From an uncultured Pseudobdellovibrionaceae bacterium (GTDB lineage: Bacteria > Bdellovibrionota > FAC87 > UBA2466), in assembly GCA_964616705.1 (NCBI GenBank), contig CAZTRP010000014.1:8770-72769 (forward strand): DNA of 64,000 nt, read 5' to 3'. Positions 30,279 through 39,156 of the stretch are shown here, one piece after another (position 1 is the stretch's first letter; every line of letters starts with the position of its first letter). The position numbers and the translations under genes were made by a program. The notes under the pieces are model-generated. The model ran no database searches and was not told the origin of the DNA. It saw only the letters and a program-made list of their open reading frames with translations.

Positions 30279-31805
30279 TCAAGAAGTCTGGAACGCGAAA
30301 TAGATTTTACGCACGGCGATTTCTGAAAGCCTTGGCAGCTTTGTGGCACCAAGAGAATCATGCACGTAGTCCGCGTTACGCATTCCATTCAGAACACAGC
30401 TCACCCCGGGCGTGTGAATCAAAACTCCAAGGGCTTTGCGGGATAGAGTCTCTTTCTTCCATTCTTCCGGGAGGTAGGGATCGAGCTTTTGTGCAACTTG
30501 AATGCTAGTTTTCTGCGAGCGGGCCCCGGCTTCGTTTCTAAACACGATCAACAGGCGATCAAGGATGGGCAAGTATTTCTTATGCCAATCGTGCCAAGGG
30601 CCAGGCTCGAGCTGAGTGGTAAGCTGGTCGCAGAGGTAGCGCACGTGTTCCCGGATTTGCTCTTCAATCTGTCCCCAACGATCTGCGCCGAGGCCCAAGC
30701 TGTGTACCTCAGATAAATCCTTGGCCCATCGGAACAGATCCGCGGCAACGCCTTCGTCTGCGCCGATTTTCAAAAAAGGAGCGATCGTCTGTGAGAACTC
30801 CGATTCTAGCTTGTCGACTTGCGCTAAAAGTTCTTTCCATGAAAGGGGCTCGGGAATCGTGGCGAAGTCCGCAAGGCGTACTAGCTGCTGCTGGGTAAAC
30901 GCGTTCAATGGGCGGTTCACCAAGACTGCCAAGTGGTATTTCGAGGCGAATTCTAGGGCAGTCATCGACCCGTCCGCCCCGGTATTTTTCTCGTGCCCAG
31001 GGCCTGATTCGTACAAGTTCAATGGAAGTTGAATGAGGCGAAAATGGTGGCTGTCGGGCGCTCCCCCACGTTTAACCGCCAAATCTTCGGCTATTTTCAA
31101 GAACTGGCTTACGGAAGTTGCATCGGCCCTACTTGCGGGTGCTCCAAGAGAGTTTGAAGAAACACCGTAGGCCTGGATCTTTCCCAGTTGGACTTGCGCT
31201 TCTAGAAACTCAAAAGCTTTGGCTACGCGCGCGTAGAATTGCTCTCGTAGTTTGGGTAATAAAACCGACGAGCCCCGTCGGGCAGCATCCATAAGGTAGT
31301 ATTCGGGGTTGTGCAGAAGATAAAAGTCCAAACACTGCATTTGGAGTCTTTCTAGGGACTTCTCAAGTTGAATGCTAAGGAAGTCAGGGTGAAGGCAATG
31401 CCAGCAATCGTCCTGATACTTGACCATGTCGGGAAACGGATTGCCCTCTGCTTCTCGTGTTCGGGCTAATTCGAGCGCTTGCCCCTGCACGTACCCAACC
31501 TTCGAAACTAAAATAACCTGGTTTCTATCCAGGATCCCAACTTGGATCATTTCGCTAAGCGCTTTACCCACTAAGCGCTCACTTCCGCCATCGGCGTAGT
31601 TGGTTGAGGTATCGATGAGGTTACAGCCTTCAATTAGGGCAGTTTTTAGAGCTTCAGAATAGACCGGTGATATTTCGTTAACTCGGTAACCCCCGAAGCC
31701 GACTCTGGAGCAATGGAGTCCAAGGCCTTCCAGCCACCCACCCAATTCCTTGCGGGAATTGAAGTACTCTGCCGTGCCGTCTACCGTTGCATGTCCCTCA
31801 ATCAA
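30279..31805 (-). CDS. Aldo/keto reductase family protein with a long C-terminal extension.
   Basis: The N-terminal part ('RVGFGGY...IDTSTNYADGGSERLVGKAL...') is AKR-like. The protein is 508 aa, roughly 180 aa longer than typical AKRs. Confidence 0.65.
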   Translation of the reverse strand: MIEGHATVDGTAEYFNSRKELGGWLEGLGLHCSRVGFGGYRVNEISPVYSEALKTALIEGCNLIDTSTNYADGGSERLVGKALSEMIQVGILDRNQVILVSKVGYVQGQALELARTREAEGNPFPDMVKYQDDCWHCLHPDFLSIQLEKSLERLQMQCLDFYLLHNPEYYLMDAARRGSSVLLPKLREQFYARVAKAFEFLEAQVQLGKIQAYGVSSNSLGAPASRADATSVSQFLKIAEDLAVKRGGAPDSHHFRLIQLPLNLYESGPGHEKNTGADGSMTALEFASKYHLAVLVNRPLNAFTQQQLVRLADFATIPEPLSWKELLAQVDKLESEFSQTIAPFLKIGADEGVAADLFRWAKDLSEVHSLGLGADRWGQIEEQIREHVRYLCDQLTTQLEPGPWHDWHKKYLPILDRLLIVFRNEAGARSQKTSIQVAQKLDPYLPEEWKKETLSRKALGVLIHTPGVSCVLNGMRNADYVHDSLGATKLPRLSEIAVRKIYFAFQTS

Positions 31806-31903
31806 AGTAACCTCCCTCGGTTGGCCACACTACCTTGATCCCGGCCGTAGTTCCAGGGTCCACGTGGTTGCATTTCTGGCAGGTTCGGGTAAACAGAGGA
31901 ACA

Positions 31904-32152
31904 ATGTTTTCACCCGAAAAAATACAGTCCGTTGTAGCCACGGCGATTGAAGGTTCCAAAGTCGAAGTCCGGGACATGACCGGAACTAACGACCACTTTG
32001 AGATTGTGGTGGTGGCAAGCCAGTTTGAAGGCAAGCGAATGGTGGAAAGACACCGAATGATCTACACCGCAATCGGTGCCGCGGTTGGCAATGAAATTCA
32101 TGCTTTGGCGGTCAAAGCACTCACCCCAAGTGAAGAAAAGGCAGAGGCATAA
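31904..32152 (+). CDS. bolA: BolA family protein.
   Basis: 'EVRDMTGTNDHFEIVVVASQFEG' and 'MVERHRMIY' form a BolA fold signature. An AGAGGA RBS precedes the ATG at 31904. Confidence 0.75.
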   Translation: MFSPEKIQSVVATAIEGSKVEVRDMTGTNDHFEIVVVASQFEGKRMVERHRMIYTAIGAAVGNEIHALAVKALTPSEEKAEA

Positions 32153-32153
32153 A

Positions 32154-32486
32154 ATGGTATATGAAAACGAACAGGACGTTCAGAAGGCGATATCAGAAAC
32201 GGTAGCCACGCACCCTATTGTCCTTTTTGTAAAAGGCAGTCCTGAGGCTCCTCAATGTGGCTTTTCAAAGGGGGTCATGGATATCTTTTCTTATCTCGGA
32301 GTTCCCTTCCAGACGGTCAACGTTTTGGCAGACCCCTTGCTTCGCGAGGGAATAAAGCAGTTCACTCAATGGCCTACGATTCCCCAGATTTTCATAAAGG
32401 GAGAGTTTGTCGGGGGCTTTGATATTGTTCGCGAAATGTTTGAAAAGGGCGAGCTTGAGCCCATGGTTAAAGCCGCCGCAAAATAA
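32154..32486 (+). CDS. grxD: Monothiol glutaredoxin (Grx4/GrxD type).
   Basis: It has the CGFS active site 'PQCGFSKG' and 'WPTIPQIFIKGEFVGG'. Its start is 2 nt after the bolA stop, a classic BolA-Grx pair. Confidence 0.85.
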   Translation: MVYENEQDVQKAISETVATHPIVLFVKGSPEAPQCGFSKGVMDIFSYLGVPFQTVNVLADPLLREGIKQFTQWPTIPQIFIKGEFVGGFDIVREMFEKGELEPMVKAAAK

Positions 32487-33872
32487 ATGACCGGTTTAGT
32501 GGGTGGGGGAAAACTGCCGAGCCGCACGGTCTGCGCTTGGTTTATTTTTGCGCTAGGCGTACAGCTTTTCTTCGCTATGCCGGTGGGAACGAATCCCGCC
32601 TCCCGATGGGCCGCGCTTTGTGCCTTAGCCGAGGACGGCTCACCCCGCATCGATACTTATTTGGAGCACACCATAGATTGGGCCCGAGGGCCCGACGGGC
32701 ATTACTATTCCAACAAAGCGCCCGGGCCTCTATTGATCGGCTACCCTGTTTTTAAACTTTTAGATTATTGGCAAACTGCCTCTGAACCCGATCGCAACAT
32801 TCGAGATGGAATACGGTATGAAATGCGGGGGCCGAATCTTCGAGTACTTTGTTTTCTGTTTCAGATTGTCCCATTTTTTTTCTTGGCATTGATGTGGTGG
32901 AAAAAATGGGAGGGTTGGGGAGGCTCGCGGCGTGCCCGCGAAATCGGGCTCATTACTCTTTTGATGGGAACTACCGCGACGGTTTTCTTAAACAGCTACT
33001 TTGGGCACGGCATGGCTGCTGTAAGCGTCTTGGCCTTGGCCTATTTCGCCTGTGCCGGGGCAGTCTTTTGGAGTGCCTTCTTTTTCGGTATCGGCGTTTT
33101 GTGTGAGTACAGCGTTGGGTTGCTCATTTTGCCGCTGGCTTTTTTTTGGATTCAGAGTTTTTGGGCAGCGCCGAGAAAAGGGATCTGGATCTGTCGCTTC
33201 TTCGGTGGGGCACTGTTTCCGGCTTTGCTGTGGAGCGCTTACCATCTTTATTGTTTTGGGGGAGTGCTGACCCTTGCGAACCAGTATCAAAACCCACTTT
33301 TTGTTGAGCCAGCTGGCAAAAAGCTCCTGCTCTGGGGAATTCTTTCTCTCCCGAATCCTCACATAGCTTGGAGTCTGCTGTTTGGGATGGATCGTGGTCT
33401 GTTTTGGACGCAACCCTGGGTATTGGCCGTTGCCGTTTTACTTATTGGCAGTTTGCCTCTGAAGAAAGCCCCTGGGCAAAAGGAGGCAATTGGAGCGTTC
33501 GTGGCGCTCATTTTGTTTTTCCTGCTAAACGCCTCCTTCAATGGGTGGCATGGCGGGAGCACTCCCGGTCCACGCTATCTGAGTCCGGTCTTGCCATTAG
33601 TTTCGTTTGCTTTAGTTTTTTTGTGGGACAGCTTTGGCAAAATTACACAGACCATCGTCGCTGGGCTTGTTCTTGGCAGCGTCGTCTCTCAGATTCTATT
33701 TCTCTCGGTTTACGGTTTGCCACCTCAATCAGAGCCGATTTGGTTGTTTTATTGGAATGCGTTCAAACTAAATCCCTACGGAACCACAGGTCTGCGATTG
33801 GCCGTGGGCTGGTCTGTAGGAATATTTTTATTCTATTTAAGCTTGCGGGCGACGCGTCCAAAAACTATTTGA
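32487..33872 (+). CDS. Polytopic membrane protein of about 12 TM helices. It may be a GT-C-type glycosyltransferase.
   Basis: It is highly hydrophobic, and its first extracytoplasmic loop contains 'TIDWARGPDGHYYSNKAPGP'. It has no recognisable catalytic motif beyond topology. Confidence 0.45.
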   Translation: MTGLVGGGKLPSRTVCAWFIFALGVQLFFAMPVGTNPASRWAALCALAEDGSPRIDTYLEHTIDWARGPDGHYYSNKAPGPLLIGYPVFKLLDYWQTASEPDRNIRDGIRYEMRGPNLRVLCFLFQIVPFFFLALMWWKKWEGWGGSRRAREIGLITLLMGTTATVFLNSYFGHGMAAVSVLALAYFACAGAVFWSAFFFGIGVLCEYSVGLLILPLAFFWIQSFWAAPRKGIWICRFFGGALFPALLWSAYHLYCFGGVLTLANQYQNPLFVEPAGKKLLLWGILSLPNPHIAWSLLFGMDRGLFWTQPWVLAVAVLLIGSLPLKKAPGQKEAIGAFVALILFFLLNASFNGWHGGSTPGPRYLSPVLPLVSFALVFLWDSFGKITQTIVAGLVLGSVVSQILFLSVYGLPPQSEPIWLFYWNAFKLNPYGTTGLRLAVGWSVGIFLFYLSLRATRPKTI

Positions 33873-34741
33873 ATGAGCAGATTAAGTTTCTTGGCGCCCT
33901 GGACGGGTTTAAATCCAAGCAAGTCTTTTAGGGCGCAGTAAGCTAAATTCAGTTTAATTATGCTCTTGCGTCGCGCTACCGTTGAGGCTTTTGTCCAGTT
34001 TACCTTAGAACATTGAATTTCAACCTTTTGGTAGAGCTGGATTTCTTCGACGAAACGGGAAAGGTCGTTAGTAAAAGAAACGGTGGAGTTGTTCGAGTGT
34101 CGTCGGTAGGAATAGGCAATCTCGCTGAGTTCCACCAAGCGATGCCCTCCAAAAACAAGCCGTGTCCACAGTTCAAGATCCTGCACCATTTTCCATTCAC
34201 TAGAAAACCGCTCCGCTCCTAGTCTAGATTTGTGAAAGCACACGGTTGGGCAAAAAAGAAAATTCCCCTGCATTATTGCGGCAATGCCCGACTCCTCCTT
34301 CAGCGTCACTGCGTTTTGAGATGAGGGCCTAACGAAGTTTTTGTAGTAGTCAGGAAAAGAAAATAAGGGGCGGCTTCGTTCGTCGATAATACTCGTGCGG
34401 CAGAATACTGCGGTGGCGTTGGGGTGTCTCTCAAATCCGGTGAGAATGGCCTGCGCATAGTTGGGCAGCAGTTCATCATCGCCATGAAGAAGGGTGACAT
34501 AGGCCGTATCGGCGATTTCCAGGCAGCGATTCCAATTACCGACCATTCCAAGAGTCTGGGGATTCTTTGAATAGACGATTCGGGAGTCCTTGAAACTTTC
34601 TACCAAAGCCATTGTTTCATTGGCTGTTCCATCGTCAGAAATCCAAAGCTTCCAATTTGGATAAGTCTGGTCAATTACGCTTTGGATGGAGCGCTTTAAA
34701 AATTCCTGCCCCGAGTAAAACGGGATGGCGAACCCAATCAT
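33833..34741 (-). CDS. Glycosyltransferase family 2.
   Basis: 'IPFYSGQEFLKRSIQSVIDQTY' and 'WISDDGT' (DxD) form a GT-A fold signature. Confidence 0.8.
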   Translation of the reverse strand: MIGFAIPFYSGQEFLKRSIQSVIDQTYPNWKLWISDDGTANETMALVESFKDSRIVYSKNPQTLGMVGNWNRCLEIADTAYVTLLHGDDELLPNYAQAILTGFERHPNATAVFCRTSIIDERSRPLFSFPDYYKNFVRPSSQNAVTLKEESGIAAIMQGNFLFCPTVCFHKSRLGAERFSSEWKMVQDLELWTRLVFGGHRLVELSEIAYSYRRHSNNSTVSFTNDLSRFVEEIQLYQKVEIQCSKVNWTKASTVARRKSIIKLNLAYCALKDLLGFKPVQGAKKLNLLIQIVFGRVARKLK

Positions 34742-35331
34742 TTCTGCGCCAAAGTGACAAATTCATTGTGGGGAAAAAAACGTCCCGTGAAACGAGGCAG
34801 GGGAAAGGAGTAACTTTGGATCACTTTAAGGCCGAGCTTTGTTACAAGTTCAATGCACGCTTTGTCGTCTAAGAAATTCACGTGAGTGGGATCGGAGCGA
34901 AATCCGGCCTCTTGCGGAGTGATGACGACAAGTTTTCCTCCGGGTTTGAGAAACTTCAGGTATTCCGCGAGCAGCCCTATAGCATTGTCCCACTCTAGAT
35001 GCTCAGCGACGTGGGCAAATAAAATTGAATCAAATCGCTCAGCACGCGCATACGGCGACTGCATGAACTCTTCGCTTGTGTAGGCGACAAGCCCTCGTTC
35101 GCGCATTTGCCTGACGGCTTCGGGGTTGTGGTCCACTCCCACGCCCTCACCTTTCAGGTGAAGGAGGTTTCGACCGACCCCGGCTCCGAGATCCAGAGTG
35201 AAACCGAGCTTGAGGTTTCTTAAATGTGCGCGGTAGGGGGCTTGGACATCGATCCAACGGCGAAGCCCCGCAGATTGCAGGCGTACAAGGCGCTGGGCGT
35301 AGTCCACTGTTTGGGTCGAGAGCTCGTGCAT
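34738..35331 (-). CDS. Class I SAM-dependent methyltransferase.
   Basis: It has the 'LDLGAGVG' motif I, and 'LKPGGKLVV'. It overlaps the downstream GT2 by 4 nt, so the two genes are co-transcribed. Confidence 0.8.
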   Translation of the reverse strand: MHELSTQTVDYAQRLVRLQSAGLRRWIDVQAPYRAHLRNLKLGFTLDLGAGVGRNLLHLKGEGVGVDHNPEAVRQMRERGLVAYTSEEFMQSPYARAERFDSILFAHVAEHLEWDNAIGLLAEYLKFLKPGGKLVVITPQEAGFRSDPTHVNFLDDKACIELVTKLGLKVIQSYSFPLPRFTGRFFPHNEFVTLAQK

Positions 35332-35400
35332 AACAGGGCTGCATCTTACTTGTCAGAGCGTCTTGCCACAACCGCTAAGGCCTGCAATCCTAGTAGGCCT

Positions 35401-35865
35401 ATGAGAAACCTCTTTCTTGCTTTTACCATTACTTGGGCCTGTACTGCCGCGCCAACGCCGTCGCATCTGAATGTCGAAGGTGTACGGCCAGCCCGGGTGA
35501 AACGCGGGGCCGCTGCCGAAGCAGTTGTGGAGCTCAAGGTCCAGCAGGGCTTTCACGTACATGCGAACCCAGCCTCTCGGCCCCAGCTTATAGCTACCAA
35601 AGTTGAAGTGGTTGGAGGCAAGGATTTAGAGGCAAGTCCGGCAGTTTATCCCCCACCGAAGCCCTACAAAGTTCCTGGAATGGACGCTTTGGTCGATACC
35701 TATGACGGTCGGTTTGAAGTACGAATACCCATTCGAGCTGCCCAAAATGGAGCGGCTGGAAAGCAGGAAATGCAGGGCAGCGTTCGGTATCAGGCCTGCG
35801 ACGACAAAGTTTGCTTTCCCCCCAAGGTAGTTAAATTCGGGGTTCCCGTGGAAATCGTTCCTTAG
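35401..35865 (+). CDS. Secreted stand-alone DsbD N-terminal (alpha) domain protein.
   Basis: It has a signal peptide. 'SVRYQACDDKVCFPP' matches the nDsbD Cys pair motif (E. coli 'RYQGCADAGFCYPP'). The start is taken at the internal ATG at 35401. The ORF track's 35224 start would overlap the upstream gene. Confidence 0.7.
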   Translation: MRNLFLAFTITWACTAAPTPSHLNVEGVRPARVKRGAAAEAVVELKVQQGFHVHANPASRPQLIATKVEVVGGKDLEASPAVYPPPKPYKVPGMDALVDTYDGRFEVRIPIRAAQNGAAGKQEMQGSVRYQACDDKVCFPPKVVKFGVPVEIVP

Positions 35866-35877
35866 TAGGATGCGCCC

Positions 35878-36648
35878 ATGCTCGATGGGAAAAAAATAGT
35901 ATGCGTCCTTCCTGCCTATAACGCGGAAAAGACGCTGGAAAAGACATTAAGAGATGTTCCCTCAGGCGTCGTAGATCTTTTCATTTTAGTGGATGATTGC
36001 TCCAGTGATGCAACGGTAAAAGTCGCGGAGCGTTTGAAGGGTGAATTTCCTCTCAAGGTGATTCGCCACGATCTCAATCGTGGCTACGGGGGAAATCAAA
36101 AAACTTGCTACCGAGCTGCCCTTGCTGAAGGGGCGGATGTCGCTGTGATGCTGCACCCCGACTATCAGTACGAACCTAAGCTATTGCCTGCTTTGGCCGG
36201 CTTAGTTACCAGCGGGGTGTACGATGTTGCCCTTGGGTCGAGAATTCTCGGCAAAGGGGCACTTGAGGGCGGAATGCCCATGTACAAATACGTTTTCAAT
36301 CGGATTCTTACGGCGCTTGAAAACTTGCTAATTGGTCAAAAGCTTTCGGAATACCATACAGGCTATCGAGCCTTTTCTGCCCGCGTACTTCGAGAAATCG
36401 CCTTTGATTTAAATAGCGACGACTTTGTGTTCGACAACGAAATGCTCGTTCAGTGCCATGTCGCAAAATTTCGTTTAGGGGAAATCTCGGTCCCTACAAA
36501 ATATTTTCCCGAGGCCAGCTCCATCGGATTTCAGCGCAGTGTTAAGTATGGTTTAGGAGTGCTGCGTTGCTCTTTCGAAGGCTTGATGTGCCGCATTGGG
36601 TTAAGAAAACACCCTCGTTTTACAACGCTCGTTCCGTCGCCCGTTTGA
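35878..36648 (+). CDS. GT2 polyprenyl-phosphate sugar synthase (Dpm1/GtrB/ArnC-like), soluble form.
   Basis: 'VCVLPAYNAEKTL' and 'ILVDDCSSD' form the GT-A DxD motif typical of dolichol/undecaprenyl-phosphate hexose synthases. It has no C-terminal TM segments. Confidence 0.75.
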   Translation: MLDGKKIVCVLPAYNAEKTLEKTLRDVPSGVVDLFILVDDCSSDATVKVAERLKGEFPLKVIRHDLNRGYGGNQKTCYRAALAEGADVAVMLHPDYQYEPKLLPALAGLVTSGVYDVALGSRILGKGALEGGMPMYKYVFNRILTALENLLIGQKLSEYHTGYRAFSARVLREIAFDLNSDDFVFDNEMLVQCHVAKFRLGEISVPTKYFPEASSIGFQRSVKYGLGVLRCSFEGLMCRIGLRKHPRFTTLVPSPV

Positions 36649-36661
36649 TATGATGTAAACC

Positions 36662-38707
36662 ATGTCAAAGCGGAAATTTCGGCCTGTCCCGTGGTTTGTC
36701 GCAAGTATTGTCCTTCTCGGCGCTTCGATCTATGTGTGGCAGTTCCACAAAGATGGCGCCAATTCCGAACCCGATCAATTCCTGCATTTTGCACTTGGCA
36801 GGCAGATGGCCGAGCAAGGGTTTATTGAAAAAATTCCGCAGGCAACAGATTTGAGTTGGAGCGAGCACTACGACAACGAATATTTCTTGTTTACTGGATT
36901 GACGGCGCTGGCGTGGAAGGTGGGAGGCGAGAATGCTGCCCGAGCTCTAGTGCCGATTCTTGTTACCTTGCTCGCGCTGCTGGTCTTTAAGTTTTGTCGT
37001 AGGTACCTGCATTGGGGTTGGGCGCTTGGATTGTCCCTCTACTTGCTCTTGCACCCATACACTGTCTCTCGGTTTCTGGCGCTTCGTCCTTCGCTGTTGG
37101 CGGAATCGCTCTTTCTTGGGCTGGTCTTTGGTTTGGTGGAATCGAACGTTTGGGTCGTTGCGGCTACTGCTTTTTTGTTTCCGCTAAGTTACCACGCGAT
37201 TTATTTTCCGGCGCTTGCGCTTTTGTTCGCAGCGTTACTTGGCCGAATCTACTCTCCCAAGTGGCTCAAGACTTCGGCAATCGGGGGCGCAGCACTCATT
37301 GCGGGCATTTGTTTGCACCCTGCCTTTCCTCACTCTTTGGAAATGGTAACGAACGTTTTCACGGCGACTCTGAGGCCCGTCCAAATTCCACTGAGTGAGA
37401 GCTCCATGGAAGTGCAGGGATGGCTAAAGGAACAGCTATTTGGCAGAGTGCCATTTTTTCTTGCGATACTAACCATTGCTCTTTGGCAATTGTCCATGGA
37501 ATGGGCGCCTACGCGCCCCAAGAAACGCGCTACCAAGGTATTCTGGGAACCAGAATTTCTATTCCTATTTGGACTGACTGCTGTGTTTGTTGCGCTTTTA
37601 CTGCTTTCTTATCGTGCAGTGGAATATGCCGGTCCGTTAGGTTTGGTTTTCGCTGCGCTTGTTATTGGACGTACGGCACGAGGAGGAAAAGAACGGGCGG
37701 CGTTTTTTGTCATGGGGTTTGTTTTCCTTTTGCCGGAATTTCCAAGTGTATGGATTAGGCCATTTCCTCCAAGCGTTCCAATGTCGGAACTAAGACAGGC
37801 GATACTGGCGTTGCCTCCGGAAGCCAATGGCAAGAAAGTTTTCAACTGCGATTGGTATACGGGCGGCCCGATTCTGTATTGGAATCCAAATGTGCAATTT
37901 TCCGACCTCGGTGATCCGGGCGCGATTGAAAAGTCCCATCCCGGATTTACCTCATTAAAAATGGCGCTGCGCCTTGCCGAGGTTCCCTATTTGCTTGGAC
38001 CCGTGCGGTATGCATTTAAGTCGGACTACGTACTGTGTCAGCATAGCCCAATGGTCCAATCTATGGAGGGAAGCCCACATTTCCGTCGTCTGTTTCCCAT
38101 TCCGTCGAAGCGTTTTGAAGAAATTCCGGCGTCATCGTATTTCGTTTACGAAGTAGCCAAGAGCCTCAACGATTCATTTGTGACAGCTTTTGAGGTATCC
38201 AATCGCTCGGTCGCTTCTACCTGGTCTAAGCTTGAAAGCAAGTCCGCCTTGCCGCCCGAACAGCGATCCCCTTTTGTTGGCCTCGGCAGTCAAACTTCAG
38301 CTGATCGTACTCCTACGTCTTCCGGGAATAATTGCGTTGAGCTTAGGCCCACTTCCGAAGCTTGGAACGGGGCGATTGGGGCTAAATACTTGGGTTTGGG
38401 AGGGGGACCCGAAGTCGAAGTATCCCTAAATGGACAAAAGTTTTTTGACCGCAAAAAGTGGTCTGTGCGTAAAGACCTCGATGTTCTAGTTCCTCTGCCA
38501 AAAGCGCTATCACAAAAAGACAACTTAAAGATAAAAGTGTGTTCGCAAAAGGACCGGCTCCGGTCAGGCATCGCCGTTTCTCTTTGGACTCCGGAGAGGC
38601 TGCGGAGTATTTGCGATTGGAAAAATGACCCGCTCGAATCTTCCATGAAGACTTACTTGGATAGGCCGCTGAGAACTTGTCTTGGGCCTGTGGCTACTTT
38701 GCACTGA
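36662..38707 (+). CDS. Large polytopic membrane protein with a roughly 300-aa C-terminal extracytoplasmic domain. It may be a GT-C-type transferase.
   Basis: It is 681 aa with about 11 N-terminal TM helices followed by a soluble domain. It lies immediately downstream of the Dpm1/GtrB-like GT2, matching the Gtr/Arn-type gene arrangement. Confidence 0.45.
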   Translation: MSKRKFRPVPWFVASIVLLGASIYVWQFHKDGANSEPDQFLHFALGRQMAEQGFIEKIPQATDLSWSEHYDNEYFLFTGLTALAWKVGGENAARALVPILVTLLALLVFKFCRRYLHWGWALGLSLYLLLHPYTVSRFLALRPSLLAESLFLGLVFGLVESNVWVVAATAFLFPLSYHAIYFPALALLFAALLGRIYSPKWLKTSAIGGAALIAGICLHPAFPHSLEMVTNVFTATLRPVQIPLSESSMEVQGWLKEQLFGRVPFFLAILTIALWQLSMEWAPTRPKKRATKVFWEPEFLFLFGLTAVFVALLLLSYRAVEYAGPLGLVFAALVIGRTARGGKERAAFFVMGFVFLLPEFPSVWIRPFPPSVPMSELRQAILALPPEANGKKVFNCDWYTGGPILYWNPNVQFSDLGDPGAIEKSHPGFTSLKMALRLAEVPYLLGPVRYAFKSDYVLCQHSPMVQSMEGSPHFRRLFPIPSKRFEEIPASSYFVYEVAKSLNDSFVTAFEVSNRSVASTWSKLESKSALPPEQRSPFVGLGSQTSADRTPTSSGNNCVELRPTSEAWNGAIGAKYLGLGGGPEVEVSLNGQKFFDRKKWSVRKDLDVLVPLPKALSQKDNLKIKVCSQKDRLRSGIAVSLWTPERLRSICDWKNDPLESSMKTYLDRPLRTCLGPVATLH

Positions 38708-38734
38708 CGGCGAGCGCTCGATGGCAAGGAGTTG

Positions 38735-38937
38735 CAAGTCAGCTGGGGCCACCGCCCGCCGGCCCCTGCGGCTAGCTGTCGAATGGTCCGCCTGGGGATT
38801 TTAGATTTCTATTTGTTTTCCTCCCGCTCGGCTCGCGGAAGACGGCTTTTGGCTTTGATGAGATAGTTGCCCGCTCGACGCCCATTCGACAGCTAGACTC
38901 CGGTGCCGGCGGGCGGTGGCCCCAGCCGACTTGCAAG
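38735..38937. repeat. Large imperfect inverted repeat (arms of about 50 nt, spacer of about 94 nt) in an intergenic gap.
   Basis: The left arm 38735-38786 and the reverse complement of the right arm 38881-38937 share two blocks. The first is a 33-nt GC-rich block with one mismatch ('TTGCAAGTC[A/G]GCTGGGGCCACCGCCCGCCGGC'). The second is a perfect 15-nt block ('CTAGCTGTCGAATGG'). An 8-nt mismatched bubble separates them. Confidence 0.6.
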
Positions 38938-39156
38938 ACTTTTAGAGTTCGTAATTTTTTCGTTTAATTTTTCGTCGTGGTGACGAGAGGTTTGACAGGG
39001 GCCTAATGAAAGCGGTCGTGGGGGCTTTTAGGATCGGGTCCTATTCAATCGGAATACGCGGCATTCTCTGCTAGGAGTCGCACGCCCCCATTCGCACACT
39101 TTCGGTCTACTGAGAACTGCGAGAATTGGCCGCGCCTTTGCAGTACTTAGGTCACT

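Noticed and set aside
35224-35400. Upstream extension of the DsbD-N ORF.
   Set aside because: It overlaps the start of the methyltransferase gene on the other strand. The Met at 35401 begins a typical signal peptide.
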